From: Leptolyngbya sp. CCNP1308
GTDB lineage: Bacteria; Cyanobacteriota; Cyanobacteriia; Phormidesmidales; Phormidesmidaceae
Assembly: GCF_034932455.1 (NCBI RefSeq)
Contig: NZ_JAYGIH010000002.1
Span: forward strand, 46,624-70,623
DNA length: 24,000 bases
Direction of reading: 5' to 3'
Shown here: positions 1 through 8,943 of the stretch, one piece after another
Position numbering within the stretch: the first letter of the stretch is position 1
Layout of the letters: every line of letters begins with the position of its first letter
Program-made: the position numbers and the translations under genes
Notes under the pieces: model-generated
Seen by the model: the letters and a program-made list of their open reading frames with translations, nothing else
Database searches by the model: none
What the model was told of the DNA's origin: nothing

Positions 1-665
1 CGGCGGTCGATGCCACATCCCAAGGGGCTTCGACCCCGATCACTACTTCTCCAGAAAATGCTGGCGAAGCGGGTGCCGCTGACCTAGAACCAAGCCAGAC
101 TAATGGACAGGGCACTGATGGCAACAGCACTCCGCTAGAACCTACCAACCCTGCCACCACACCCGAAGACCAAGGGGCCGAGTCGGCCAGTGACCTGCTA
201 GCCAGGGTAGAGTTCAGCGATGCCCAAACCAGCGCCAGTGAGGTTGAAATCGCCAAGGCGGCCTGGCTTCAATCTATACAAGAAAAACTAGGAGATGGGG
301 TCGCCGAGGCTCCTGAGCCTATTGTGCTTACGGTTCCCTACAGCGGTCGGCTCTGTCTATCGCCTGAACCCGCCGATGGGCTGCTGGGGGTAGTCGGTCT
401 ACCCGATGAAGCTAGCGATGGCGTTAAATTGTGGACCACAGTGCTCAAAAGCACAGGTTATCCATTTCTCAACCAAGCCGCTGAACAGGCTCTCCAAAAT
501 CTTCAGCAGCAGCAAGAGCCAGACGGCAGCGGGTTAGAAACTAATACGTTGTATCAAGTCACCGTACAGGTCGAATACGATAGCCAAAGCTGCATCAGTC
601 GTGAGGCCCTGCTGCAATCGCGCACAGCCGAATCGGATGAGTCTGACGTGGTACCGGAGGAGTAA
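1..665 (+). CDS. C-terminal part of a hypothetical envelope protein: Pro/Thr/Glu/Ala-rich low-complexity region followed by a TonB-C-terminal-like domain (5' end outside window)
   Basis: The frame in phase with position 3 is open from the window edge to TAA at 663-665; the track reports it only from GTG 324. The translation starts AVDATSQGASTPITTSPENAGE. The last ~90 aa (LTVPYSG...VLKSTGYPFLNQAAEQAL...LYQVTVQVEY) resemble a TonB_C fold pattern by eye. The family call is weak. Confidence 0.45.
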   Translation, partial: AVDATSQGASTPITTSPENAGEAGAADLEPSQTNGQGTDGNSTPLEPTNPATTPEDQGAESASDLLARVEFSDAQTSASEVEIAKAAWLQSIQEKLGDGVAEAPEPIVLTVPYSGRLCLSPEPADGLLGVVGLPDEASDGVKLWTTVLKSTGYPFLNQAAEQALQNLQQQQEPDGSGLETNTLYQVTVQVEYDSQSCISREALLQSRTAESDESDVVPEE

Positions 666-984
666 CAATCTCCAGAAAGCTTTACCGGTTTGATCTGCTG
701 TGTGCGTAGGATTAGCGATCGCCACTCTGCCGAGAACAAGCGAATACAACAGTCCTCGCCGGAAGCTGATGGGCTAGATATCGTTCCAATGGTTGGCCTT
801 GCCAAATCTCCTGGCACTTGGCTAAGTATGTCTTCCTTGTTTAACCGGCCCCACCCAAGAACAGCATATCAATGCTTTCAGCTATCCAAAATGACGTTTC
901 ATGAGGGATGTCTACCTATTTGGCTAGCGCTATGGTTTGATTCGGTTTAATAGCTTTGACCATGGCTATAGCTGGGTTAGTTCA

Positions 985-1030
985 AAGACCAACAATGGGA
1001 AAGAGGCAGCACAGTTCCATTGTTGGTCTT
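985..1030 (-). terminator. Stable hairpin immediately 3' of the ABC exporter gene (possible terminator or 3' stabiliser)
   Basis: A perfect 14-bp inverted repeat, AAGACCAACAATGG (985-998) and CCATTGTTGGTCTT (1017-1030), begins 8 nt after the TAA stop (1039-1041, minus strand). Only a short U-run (UUU) follows on the minus strand, so intrinsic termination is uncertain. Confidence 0.4.
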
Positions 1031-1038
1031 GAGTGAGA

Positions 1039-2835
1039 TTATGCCTGAGGTGTGAGAACGACATCAGCGTAGGTTCCCGAACGGGCTACTGTGCCCTTGT
1101 CGAGAACATAGACGCGATCGCAGTGCTCAATTGTGGACAGCCGGTGAGCAATAATAATTAAAGTTTTAGAGCCAGCTAGAGATCTGATTGACTCGCTAAT
1201 CAGTCGCTCAGTCTCATTATCTAGAGCAGAGGTTGCTTCATCTAAGACTAAAATCTCTCTTTGGTGATATAGCGCACGGGCGATTCCGATTCGCTGACGT
1301 TGCCCACCGGAGAGGCGTACTCCACGTTCGCCAACTTCGGTATCAATGCCATTAGGCAAATTTTGCACTAGCTCTTCAAGCTGTGCTGCTTTAATGGCGT
1401 ACCACAACCGGCTCTGGTCGATCTCACTTTTTGATACCCCAAAGGCAATATTTTTCTCGACAGTGTCGTCAGTCAAAAAGATTGACTGAGGAATATAACC
1501 GACTAGTTTTCTCCAGCCTTGCAAGTTATCGTAAATTGACCTGCCATCAACTAAGATATCCCCGTTTTGGGGAGTCAGCAAACTCAGAATGACGTCAACG
1601 AGGGTTGTTTTGCCTGCCCCAGACTGACCTATGAGCCCAATCGACTCTCCTCGCTTAATTTGCATCGACACGCCTGTCAAGGAAGGATTGGGAGAACTTG
1701 GGTACTGGTAGAAGACATCAACAATTTCCAAGCTTTCAGAGAAACCCAGTGGTTGGTCACCATCAAAAGGTTTTGCAGCACCTAGCAAAGCAGGATGATC
1801 ATGCTTGACAAGCTCGTTATTCTCAATTTCCTTTAGATCCAAATACATCATGTCTAAAGTGTGAGAAGAATTACGCAGTTTACCAATACACTCTGCTAGA
1901 TTACTGGCGGCTGGAATCAATCTCAAGGAAGCAACGGCAAACACACCCATACTGGCAATAGCTGCCTGAAAATCTTGCCCTACTATTAGCTGCGAGACGC
2001 AAACAAATCCAACAATGGCTGTTACTAGAAGAGTCTCAATCATTGTCCGAGGCACAAACTGAGCGCTCTGAAAGAGAATTTCTACCCGTGCCTCCTCATG
2101 CACATGCTCTTCTAGTTCCTTGCGAAAATAATTCTCGGAACCAAAGACGCGAGTCTCCTTAATGCCTCCCAGTCCATGGTTGACAGCTTTAATCGTCTCT
2201 TCACGAGCAATAGTCGATAATTTACCCCAACGCTTTAACCGCTGCACTAGGAATGAAAACACTACGAAAGCAGGCAACAGCGAAGCTAGAGAAACAGCCA
2301 GGAGTAAAACATTAGTCTTCGCCATCAACACCAAAAGTGTTGCAACCACAATAATATGAGAGACTGACTCTACCATAGGCAAAGAAACCATAAAGCAAAA
2401 GCGATGTGTCTCATTCGTTATCTTATTGATATAATCTGCGGTATTCCTAGTTAAATGGAAGTCATAAGGAGCAAGCAAATAGGTGTTAAAAAGACGCTCT
2501 TGAACAGCCGCTCTTTGATCGAAGAGAACTTTGTATGAATAGCGCTTGCTTAGAAAATAAATAGCTCCTTTCAACAAGAAGATAACAATAATAAAAACCC
2601 CGAACCACAGCACAAGCCTTCCTAGGCTGCTAAATCCAAAAACTCTATATACCCAGCTAAACGCATCGCTTTCTCCGACAAGTTTGCCTGGGTCTCCGGC
2701 TAAACTCAAAAAGGGGCCAATTAATCCTATGCCAAAGGCTTCTAAAAGAGAAGTCAAAAGAAAAATACCAACCAACCCAATCAGTTGCCTCTGATGCCCG
2801 GAAAAAACATAAATAAATTTTTGAAAGTAACCCAC
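1039..2835 (-). CDS. Fused permease/ATPase ABC exporter (MsbA/PglK-like type, TMD-NBD)
   Basis: 598-aa ORF with a GTG start at 2835 preceded by GAGGGAG. The N-terminal half has multiple hydrophobic spans. The C-terminal NBD carries Walker A GQSGAGKTT, signature LSGGQRQR, Walker B ILVLDEATSALD and H-loop IIIAHRLS. There is no N-terminal C39 peptidase domain. Confidence 0.9.
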   Translation of the reverse strand: MGYFQKFIYVFSGHQRQLIGLVGIFLLTSLLEAFGIGLIGPFLSLAGDPGKLVGESDAFSWVYRVFGFSSLGRLVLWFGVFIIVIFLLKGAIYFLSKRYSYKVLFDQRAAVQERLFNTYLLAPYDFHLTRNTADYINKITNETHRFCFMVSLPMVESVSHIIVVATLLVLMAKTNVLLLAVSLASLLPAFVVFSFLVQRLKRWGKLSTIAREETIKAVNHGLGGIKETRVFGSENYFRKELEEHVHEEARVEILFQSAQFVPRTMIETLLVTAIVGFVCVSQLIVGQDFQAAIASMGVFAVASLRLIPAASNLAECIGKLRNSSHTLDMMYLDLKEIENNELVKHDHPALLGAAKPFDGDQPLGFSESLEIVDVFYQYPSSPNPSLTGVSMQIKRGESIGLIGQSGAGKTTLVDVILSLLTPQNGDILVDGRSIYDNLQGWRKLVGYIPQSIFLTDDTVEKNIAFGVSKSEIDQSRLWYAIKAAQLEELVQNLPNGIDTEVGERGVRLSGGQRQRIGIARALYHQREILVLDEATSALDNETERLISESIRSLAGSKTLIIIAHRLSTIEHCDRVYVLDKGTVARSGTYADVVLTPQA

Positions 2836-3370
2836 TGCTTCTCCCTCAAAAAACTGCTAAATGATCTAGCTAAATCAGCCAAGAAATCGTGCCTGACAGA
2901 GCTTCTGAGCCAAAGGTTTAGCAGAACATATGCTCTACTTTTTGACATACCCATGCGATCTGCTCAAGCTATTGTGAAACTACCTTTGGCTTGCGACTTT
3001 AGCAAGCAGAACTGATTGAGTGCTCTACACGCATACTATAGTACCCATAATTATAATGAAAATAGATTTATCAGGGCAAACTATCCATGCTGTCATAGAA
3101 AACACTTTAAAGAGGCTTCACAAGGTCTTCCTATTTCTGCAGCTCCGTTGTCAAGAGCTTTCTCCCTCGCCAATCTTTCGTTAAGAAGGTAAAATAAACT
3201 CATGCTAGCTTCTCGTGCCCGTACAAAGTGGATTTTGGTGTAAAAGGTGTTCAAAGAGAAAGAACGCGCCCTCTAAGTTCTACAGGTTCATGCCTGCCAG
3301 ATCTTTTGAACACGATAAAATTTCATCAAATATTTATACCTCATCACTTAAGGCAAATCTAAGAAAAGGC

Positions 3371-3395
3371 TTGTACTCATCTATATTGAGTACAA
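3371..3395. promoter_or_regulatory. Perfect 9-bp inverted repeat upstream of the Wzy-like gene (candidate operator or RNA hairpin)
   Basis: TTGTACTCA (3371-3379), a 7-nt spacer, then TGAGTACAA (3387-3395). It sits about 70-105 nt upstream of the candidate starts at 3463 and 3499, inside an AT-rich 627-nt divergent intergenic region. Confidence 0.25.
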
Positions 3396-3498
3396 TGATA
3401 ATTATATCCAAGCAGACTTTCAGAAAGTACTTTGTTTGTGCGGCTACGTAAAGCACTAAAATTTGTTCCCGCATTCCTTTGTTGAGATCCTGGATGCT

Positions 3499-4767
3499 AT
3501 GCAAGCTCAAAAACTTACTCTCAACGGTAGCACAGTAGTGTCTGACAAGCAGATTGACTTTGCGGAGACATCCTTCGCAATTTTCTATCTGCTATTTTTT
3601 GCTGGAGCTTTTGGCTTTAGGGCAGACACCTCTGAAACTTCCGTTATTCCTGAGTCAATTATTACTTTAATTCGGTATGCGGCCTATGCAACTACTCTAA
3701 TGTTGTTGTCATTGCGGCCTGTTGAGACATTGAAAACGGCTCTTAGTAATAAATGGGCATTAGGTCTAATTGCCATTGTCACCATTTCCTTTTTATGGTC
3801 TTATAATCCGCCAGTTACAATAGATGCTGTTTGGAAAGAATTCATTCCCATGTTTTTGCTAAGTCTTTACATTGCTTCTAGGTTCACACTAGAACAGCAA
3901 TTTAAGATTATCTTATGGGTTTTAGTCATAGTTTTTCTCGAGAGTGTAGCGCTGGCGATCGCCATGCCTGGAGTAGGCCTTCATACTGATGGTCCTTTTG
4001 TAGGCAGCTGGAAAGGAGTATTTGCTCAAAAAAATCAGTTTGGTGCACACTCAACAATGACGATGATCGCCCTCTTCATGCTGGCTAACTATGCTAAGGA
4101 AAAACAGCGTTGGGCACTAGCACTTTTTGGAGGGTGTTTTGCGGCGTTGCTTGTTAGCAGCTCTGTTACAGCATTGACCCTTTCTTTCATAGGGCTCATG
4201 CTGACAATTTTTTATCGTCGATTTGCTTGGCTGGGTAAACGCTCTGTTTTGTTAGGCAGCCTATTTGTGCTAGTTTCAATCAGTTTTTCGTATCTTTTGT
4301 TTTCTAACTGGGTTGATATTTTAGCTTACTTTGACAGAGATCCTACGCTGTCTACAAGAACTCTTATTTGGCATCTAGTAATCAATTATAAAATCCCGAA
4401 TAGTCCATATCTTGGCTATGGTAGAGGCGTATTTTGGGATTCGTTGAGTTTAACAACCGGCTTTGAGTCTTTTGCCTATCACATTCCACCTCATGCGCAC
4501 AACGGTTTTTTGGATCTCATTATTGATGTTGGCTTGATTGGCTTCTCATTCTTCTGTGTTACGTGGTTTATGACCTACGTTAGGGCCGCTAGGCTTGCCT
4601 ACGACCGAAAAGAGGCAGCTTATCTATGGCCTCTTCTGTTTCTATCGATGCTTATTTTGTTCAATACTTTCGAAAGCTATTTAGCTCGCCTCACCACGTT
4701 GTATTGGATTCTCTTTATTGCTTTAGCTTTTTCATTGAGTCCAAAAGTTCTTTCATCTAAAGAATAG
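3499..4767 (+). CDS. O-antigen ligase / Wzy-family polysaccharide polymerase-like integral membrane protein
   Basis: The protein is hydrophobic throughout, with 10 or more predicted spans. It has a Wzy_C/O-antigen-ligase-type loop region ...FAYHIPPHAHNGFLDLIIDVGLIGF.... The ORF opens at TTG 3463; I used the first ATG at 3499, and either start is possible. Confidence 0.75.
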   Translation: MQAQKLTLNGSTVVSDKQIDFAETSFAIFYLLFFAGAFGFRADTSETSVIPESIITLIRYAAYATTLMLLSLRPVETLKTALSNKWALGLIAIVTISFLWSYNPPVTIDAVWKEFIPMFLLSLYIASRFTLEQQFKIILWVLVIVFLESVALAIAMPGVGLHTDGPFVGSWKGVFAQKNQFGAHSTMTMIALFMLANYAKEKQRWALALFGGCFAALLVSSSVTALTLSFIGLMLTIFYRRFAWLGKRSVLLGSLFVLVSISFSYLLFSNWVDILAYFDRDPTLSTRTLIWHLVINYKIPNSPYLGYGRGVFWDSLSLTTGFESFAYHIPPHAHNGFLDLIIDVGLIGFSFFCVTWFMTYVRAARLAYDRKEAAYLWPLLFLSMLILFNTFESYLARLTTLYWILFIALAFSLSPKVLSSKE

Positions 4768-4995
4768 ATTATCATTTTCTGCGTGAGTTTGAAATCTTCA
4801 ACTTTTGGTAAGCATAAGATGCAAATTTTGCATTAGTTGTCATGTGTGAGCTTGAATAGATATAGGAACATAGCTATCTAGTTAGCTAACATGTACTCCA
4901 TATTAATAAGCTTTTCCTGTTCTTTGTTTTGAAGAGCCTAACTTCGTTGTCGGCAGCAAGCCACTTTGGAGGACGTTCAGCGGGATTACTAACAG

Positions 4996-5247
4996 CTAGC
5001 CATCAGGAACTAGTTTCTCAAGGTGTTTTGCCCTAATATAGCCATAGTCATTTAGGGTTAAGACATCCAGAAAACGTTCAAACGTTTGGAGGAGAAATGT
5101 TTGAACCAAGATGGCTACAGCAATACCAAACTGAGTACTCGAAGAACTGGAACCCTTGAATTGCAAACTTTTCAGTCCTTGAGGGATGCTCACTCTCATA
5201 GCTGATCGGTATAAGGGACGTACGTCTAGATAAAGTACCAGAAGCAT
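4996..5247 (-). CDS. Doubtful hypothetical ORF, possibly a gene remnant
   Basis: This is the only sizeable ORF in the 850-nt gap. The track version (to 5322) starts inside a palindromic repeat unit (translated ...SEAKPNLRQ), so I trimmed it to ATG 5247. I recognise no motif in MLLVLYLDVRPLYRS...LNDYGYIRAKHLEKLVPDG and see no clear RBS. Confidence 0.25.
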   Translation of the reverse strand: MLLVLYLDVRPLYRSAMRVSIPQGLKSLQFKGSSSSSTQFGIAVAILVQTFLLQTFERFLDVLTLNDYGYIRAKHLEKLVPDG

Positions 5248-5291
5248 TGATCCTGGTTGACCGAAAAAACTTCTGAGACCCTTGTCCTGCC

Positions 5292-5327
5292 GTAGGTTGG
5301 GTTTCGCTTCGCTCAACGCCAACCTAC
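5292..5327. repeat. Small palindromic (REP/MITE-like) unit
   Basis: GTAGGTTGG (5292-5300) pairs with CCAACCTAC (5319-5327) around GTTTCGCTTCGCTCAACG. It resembles the short GTAGGTTGGGTTTCGC...CAACCTAC-type hairpin repeats I recall being scattered in cyanobacterial intergenic DNA. Confidence 0.5.
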
Positions 5328-5367
5328 ATTAGAACTTTTGTCCGTCAATCAGGCATTGATCACTGTA

Positions 5368-5391
5368 GGTGCATTCGCAAAGCAATGCACC
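5368..5391. repeat. Second small palindromic unit, in tandem with the first
   Basis: GGTGCATT (5368-5375) pairs with AATGCACC (5384-5391) around the loop CGCAAAGC. It is flanked by CTGTA...GATAGG and lies 40 nt from the previous unit. Confidence 0.45.
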
Positions 5392-5480
5392 GATAGGAAA
5401 GATAGCAATTGATGGGTTATTTTCTTGCGCCTCCCTAACCACCTGAACATTTACAATACTGTATTGGCGTATGGTAATTC

Positions 5481-5513
5481 TAAAAAGAAAACTCCTTGGC
5501 TAAGCAAGGAGTT
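5481..5513 (-). terminator. Rho-independent terminator of the wzc-wza operon
   Basis: The minus strand reads AACTCCTTG-cttagc-CAAGGAGTT followed by TTCTTTTTA. This is a 9-bp perfect stem with a U-rich tail, about 105 nt downstream of the wza stop (5618). Confidence 0.7.
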
Positions 5514-5617
5514 CGGATCGATGTCAATTTATCCAGATAAAATTCCTAGATCTTGAGTTGACGTTGACTAACTAAACAAAGCTGACTCTCTTCAATCAAC
5601 ATACTCAACTTTGCCAT

Positions 5618-6727
5618 CTAATCGTTGTTATCAAATAGATTAAAGATATCCAGGATGCCAAAGATGCCGCCTAGAGGAGCTAAAATTGGGGTCAGAGCGC
5701 GGTTGATGTTATCAAGACCAACCAAGTACCCTTTTTTGGGTACCAAAATTACGTCTCCATCTTGAACTTGATAATTGTCTACTAGGCTGGACAGGTCTAC
5801 TCTCTGTTCTTCGACTTGCCCTGTTTCTGAAAGACGCACTAATCGAACTTCTCCTAGGGCTGCATCAGAATTAGGACCACCAGCAGCAGCGATCGCGCCA
5901 GCTACCGAGCTATTTGGCTGAATTTGAACTTCCCCAGGCTGAACTACGCCATCTCCAATAACTCGCACTCGAACATTGTCTGGCGCGATACTTGAACTTG
6001 CTATCAAGGACGCGTCAATCTCGGCACCAGGCTGCGCTTTGGGTACAAAGATAGAATCTCCATCCCTAAGTACTAAGTTATTGCCCTGACCACCACTAGA
6101 GATTGCATCCCACAGATTTACTGAAAGATCCTGCACCTGGCCATTTGGCAGTTGTCGGCGGACAATAACTGACCGAATATCTGCTGTGCGACGTATTCCA
6201 CCAGCAGATACCAGGGCTGAAGACAGGGTTGGTGTTGTCGTAGCTGCTGTAATTCGCGCGTTTACATCTAGCTGCGTTTCTGCTGTTGTTAGACTGCTCA
6301 ACTGTACGGGGCCAGGACGGTAAACCTCACCCGCCACATCAACAACCACTGGGCGTAATGCCGTCATGCTGACATTCACTACTGGGTTCACTAGATAAGC
6401 ATTTAGCCCCTGAGTGATTTCTTGAGATAAGTCGTCAACGGTTTTGCCTGCTGCTTGAATAGACCCTAGAAATGGGAAAGGCATTGTGCCATCAGGCAAA
6501 ACTACACGGGAACCGGTAAATTCCTCATAACCGAAGACTTCGATCGCAACTTGATCACCAGCCCCTAGAATGTAGTTTCCAGGAGCTTGTGAAGCAGGCA
6601 ACTCTATAGTGGGAGCATTAAATTCTGTCGATTGTTGGGCATTGGCCAAGCCAATACCCCATAGACAGTTGTGGGCTAATGTGGCTGAGAGCGAAATTAG
6701 CGCAATAGAACGTTTATCTATTTTCAT
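5618..6727 (-). CDS. wza: Polysaccharide export outer-membrane protein (Wza/OPX family, Poly_export + SLBB repeats)
   Basis: It has an N-terminal signal peptide (MKIDKRSIALISLSATLA...ANAQQ). The Poly_export motif reads YILGAGDQVAIEVFGYEEFTGSRVVLPDGTMPFPFLGSIQAAGKTVDDLSQEI. Repeated SLBB-like segments are present (LRDGDSIFVP, VQDGDVILVP). The track starts at TTG 6739; ATG 6727 with AAGG just upstream is preferred. Confidence 0.9.
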   Translation of the reverse strand: MKIDKRSIALISLSATLAHNCLWGIGLANAQQSTEFNAPTIELPASQAPGNYILGAGDQVAIEVFGYEEFTGSRVVLPDGTMPFPFLGSIQAAGKTVDDLSQEITQGLNAYLVNPVVNVSMTALRPVVVDVAGEVYRPGPVQLSSLTTAETQLDVNARITAATTTPTLSSALVSAGGIRRTADIRSVIVRRQLPNGQVQDLSVNLWDAISSGGQGNNLVLRDGDSIFVPKAQPGAEIDASLIASSSIAPDNVRVRVIGDGVVQPGEVQIQPNSSVAGAIAAAGGPNSDAALGEVRLVRLSETGQVEEQRVDLSSLVDNYQVQDGDVILVPKKGYLVGLDNINRALTPILAPLGGIFGILDIFNLFDNND

Positions 6728-6744
6728 AGCCTTAAGCAATATTT

Positions 6745-8943
6745 CTAACGAACCGTTGTTTGCATTTCTGAGAAAGTGGTCTTACCGTACTCGCCGGCCT
6801 TAATGCGAGAGACATAGTCGCCGTGCTCATTATTGATGTCTACGCCGTTAGCAACTACACCTAAGACATTCGCCTGAGATCGTTCTAGGAAAGACTTCGC
6901 TGCCAGTGCGTTTGCAGAATCTACTTTTCGAGGTCTCAGCACCAACAAAACACCGTCAGACATACGCCCTAGCACCGCTGCATCGGCAGCCCCCAATAGT
7001 GGCGGCGTATCGATCAAAATATAGTCATACTGTCGTTTCATCTGCTGGAGCAGATCTGCCATCCGCTCAGAGTCTAGGATAGCCAGGGGATTAGGGGGAA
7101 GAGCCCCAGCCGTCATGAGAGTTAGATTCTCAGAGATTTGGTGAGTCACATCTTGCTGAGTTTCTTCTCTGATGAGCACCTGGCTCAGCCCGGCTCGATT
7201 GATAACGTCCCAAATATGATGCTGTGATGGAGATCGGAGATCGGCATCAATGAGCAATACCTGTTTACCTGAATGGGCCAAGGTTGCCGCCAGGTTGGCC
7301 GAGACCTCAGATTTCCCTTCTTCGGCCACTGAACTGGTAATGGCAATGATGCGGTGAGGGGTGTCAGAACTGGTGAATTTTAGATTTGCTTGAAGCATTT
7401 GAAACGCTGCCGAAACCATGGGTTGGTCTCTATCTAGAGCTGGAATATAGGCAGAGCGATCAAGTCTACCAGCAAGGTAAGCTGTGGAACCTTCACTCTC
7501 CGGTCTAGTGCGAAACTTAGGAACTAAACCAAGCAGGGTGTAGCCCAGCAGCATCTCGCCATCTTTAGCAGTTTTCACTGATTTATCGACTAAGTCTAGG
7601 AAGAAGGCGCAGGCAATGCCGAGCAAACTACCCACGAAGGTTCCGAATACCAGGGCGGGGATCAGGAGACTGCCAGCGTCTTCTGCGGGTTCGGCCCTTT
7701 CCAAAATCTCAGCACTGCCGACGGTTTGGTTTTCGGCTAGCTGAGTTTGTTGAAAAGCGGCTAAAAGGTTTTCATAGTTGAGCTGGGCTGACTGAAGACG
7801 CTGAGTTAATTCTAACTGGCGCTTCTCAAGAGCTGGAAAGGCCTGAATTCTCTCGGCATAGCGGTTGCGAGAGTTAACTAGGCTTTGGAGCTGGCTAGCC
7901 AAGCTAGAACGGTTCACGACTGCGGTAGCCAATTCTGTCGTGAGCTGTTGGTCTAGGGGGCTCATTTGGAGATTGCCAAGACTCGCTGAAGCCGCCGTTC
8001 CGACTATGTCTTCGACTCGCTCACTAAGGAGGCTTTGTAGTGATTCTACTCGCCGTTCTAGGTTGATCACTGTAGGGTGGGTCTCTCTATAGAGACTACG
8101 CTGACTGGCCAACTCAGCTTGGGCTAGCTGCAAGTCTGCTAGAGCTTGCTGAACAGCTGTAGACTGACTCAATGTTTCGATGCGTTTGGCTTGTTCTAGT
8201 GGAATAGCCAACTGCTCTTGTAACTCGCTTGCCTGAGTGTTGGCACTGGCTAGCGTGGAAGACACATCGCGAATTTGGGTGTCTAACTCAGCGATCGCAG
8301 TAACGGCCACGACAGCTTCGTCTTCAAGCACAACAATGCCGTTAGCATCTTTGAATTGCTGTAGTGCTGCCGCCGCCCGATCGAGATCGGCTTCGGCAAT
8401 GGGCAGTTGTCGTTCGATGAACTCTCGAGCTGTAGCTGCCTTCAACCGATTGCTGAGGATGTCCCGTTCCAGGTATGCGTCCATGACCGCATTGACAATA
8501 GCGGCAGCCTCGTCTGGATCGTCGGAGCTGTAGGCAATTTGCAGGATATCGGCCTGTTCTGCAGACTCCACCTTGAGGCTGGTGCTTAGGTCTGCCGGTT
8601 TGAGAGGTAGACCATCATCGTCTGTAAGACCGAGGTTATCAATAACAGACTGCATAACCGCAGTTGACAGCACAACGGAACTCTGGTTTTGCAGGTTGTT
8701 CACTGAAAGGGGAAGTTCCCTGATGTCCGTGCCAACCCCAGTTAGTGCAGGGGTAAGGTCTGGCCTCACCAGTATGCTTCCTTCCGCGTTGTAGGATGGA
8801 TCTCGCGTTAGAGCAAAGAACGCCGAACCTGCTACACAGGTGCCTAGCACAAGAGTCGCTGGCAACCAACGCCGTTTCAGCACTAGCCAGTAGCGTTGTA
8901 GGTCAATTTCTTCAACGTAATCTTGGTAGGTCTTATTAGTCAT
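6745..8943 (-). CDS. wzc: Polysaccharide co-polymerase / tyrosine autokinase (Wzc, PCP-2a; GumC/EpsB-like)
   Basis: It has an N-terminal Wzz-like region with a TM span (WLPATLVLGTCVAGSAFFAL), a long coiled-coil periplasmic domain and a second TM span. The C-terminal BY-kinase ATPase carries Walker A SSVAEEGKS, Walker A' LLIDADLRSP and Walker B YDYILIDTPP. The track opens at TTG 8976; I used ATG 8943 (MTNKTYQDY). Confidence 0.9.
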   Translation of the reverse strand: MTNKTYQDYVEEIDLQRYWLVLKRRWLPATLVLGTCVAGSAFFALTRDPSYNAEGSILVRPDLTPALTGVGTDIRELPLSVNNLQNQSSVVLSTAVMQSVIDNLGLTDDDGLPLKPADLSTSLKVESAEQADILQIAYSSDDPDEAAAIVNAVMDAYLERDILSNRLKAATAREFIERQLPIAEADLDRAAAALQQFKDANGIVVLEDEAVVAVTAIAELDTQIRDVSSTLASANTQASELQEQLAIPLEQAKRIETLSQSTAVQQALADLQLAQAELASQRSLYRETHPTVINLERRVESLQSLLSERVEDIVGTAASASLGNLQMSPLDQQLTTELATAVVNRSSLASQLQSLVNSRNRYAERIQAFPALEKRQLELTQRLQSAQLNYENLLAAFQQTQLAENQTVGSAEILERAEPAEDAGSLLIPALVFGTFVGSLLGIACAFFLDLVDKSVKTAKDGEMLLGYTLLGLVPKFRTRPESEGSTAYLAGRLDRSAYIPALDRDQPMVSAAFQMLQANLKFTSSDTPHRIIAITSSVAEEGKSEVSANLAATLAHSGKQVLLIDADLRSPSQHHIWDVINRAGLSQVLIREETQQDVTHQISENLTLMTAGALPPNPLAILDSERMADLLQQMKRQYDYILIDTPPLLGAADAAVLGRMSDGVLLVLRPRKVDSANALAAKSFLERSQANVLGVVANGVDINNEHGDYVSRIKAGEYGKTTFSEMQTTVR

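Noticed and set aside
534-950. ORFs 534-749 (-), 554-817 (-) and 690-950 (+).
   Set aside because: The first two overlap the end of the partial + strand CDS on the opposite strand. The third lies in the spacer, has no RBS or recognisable motif, and contains a HIP1 site. It is probably non-coding.
2785-3451. ORFs 2785-3015 (+) and 3215-3451 (+) in the divergent intergenic region.
   Set aside because: The first overlaps the ABC exporter start on the opposite strand. The second starts at GTG and is Lys/Arg/Ser-rich low complexity in about 27% GC DNA. Neither has an RBS or family resemblance.
7865-8869. Several 60-98-aa ORFs on both strands inside wzc.
   Set aside because: They are embedded in or antisense to a well-supported 732-aa Wzc gene and have low-complexity Ser/Ala/Arg-rich translations.
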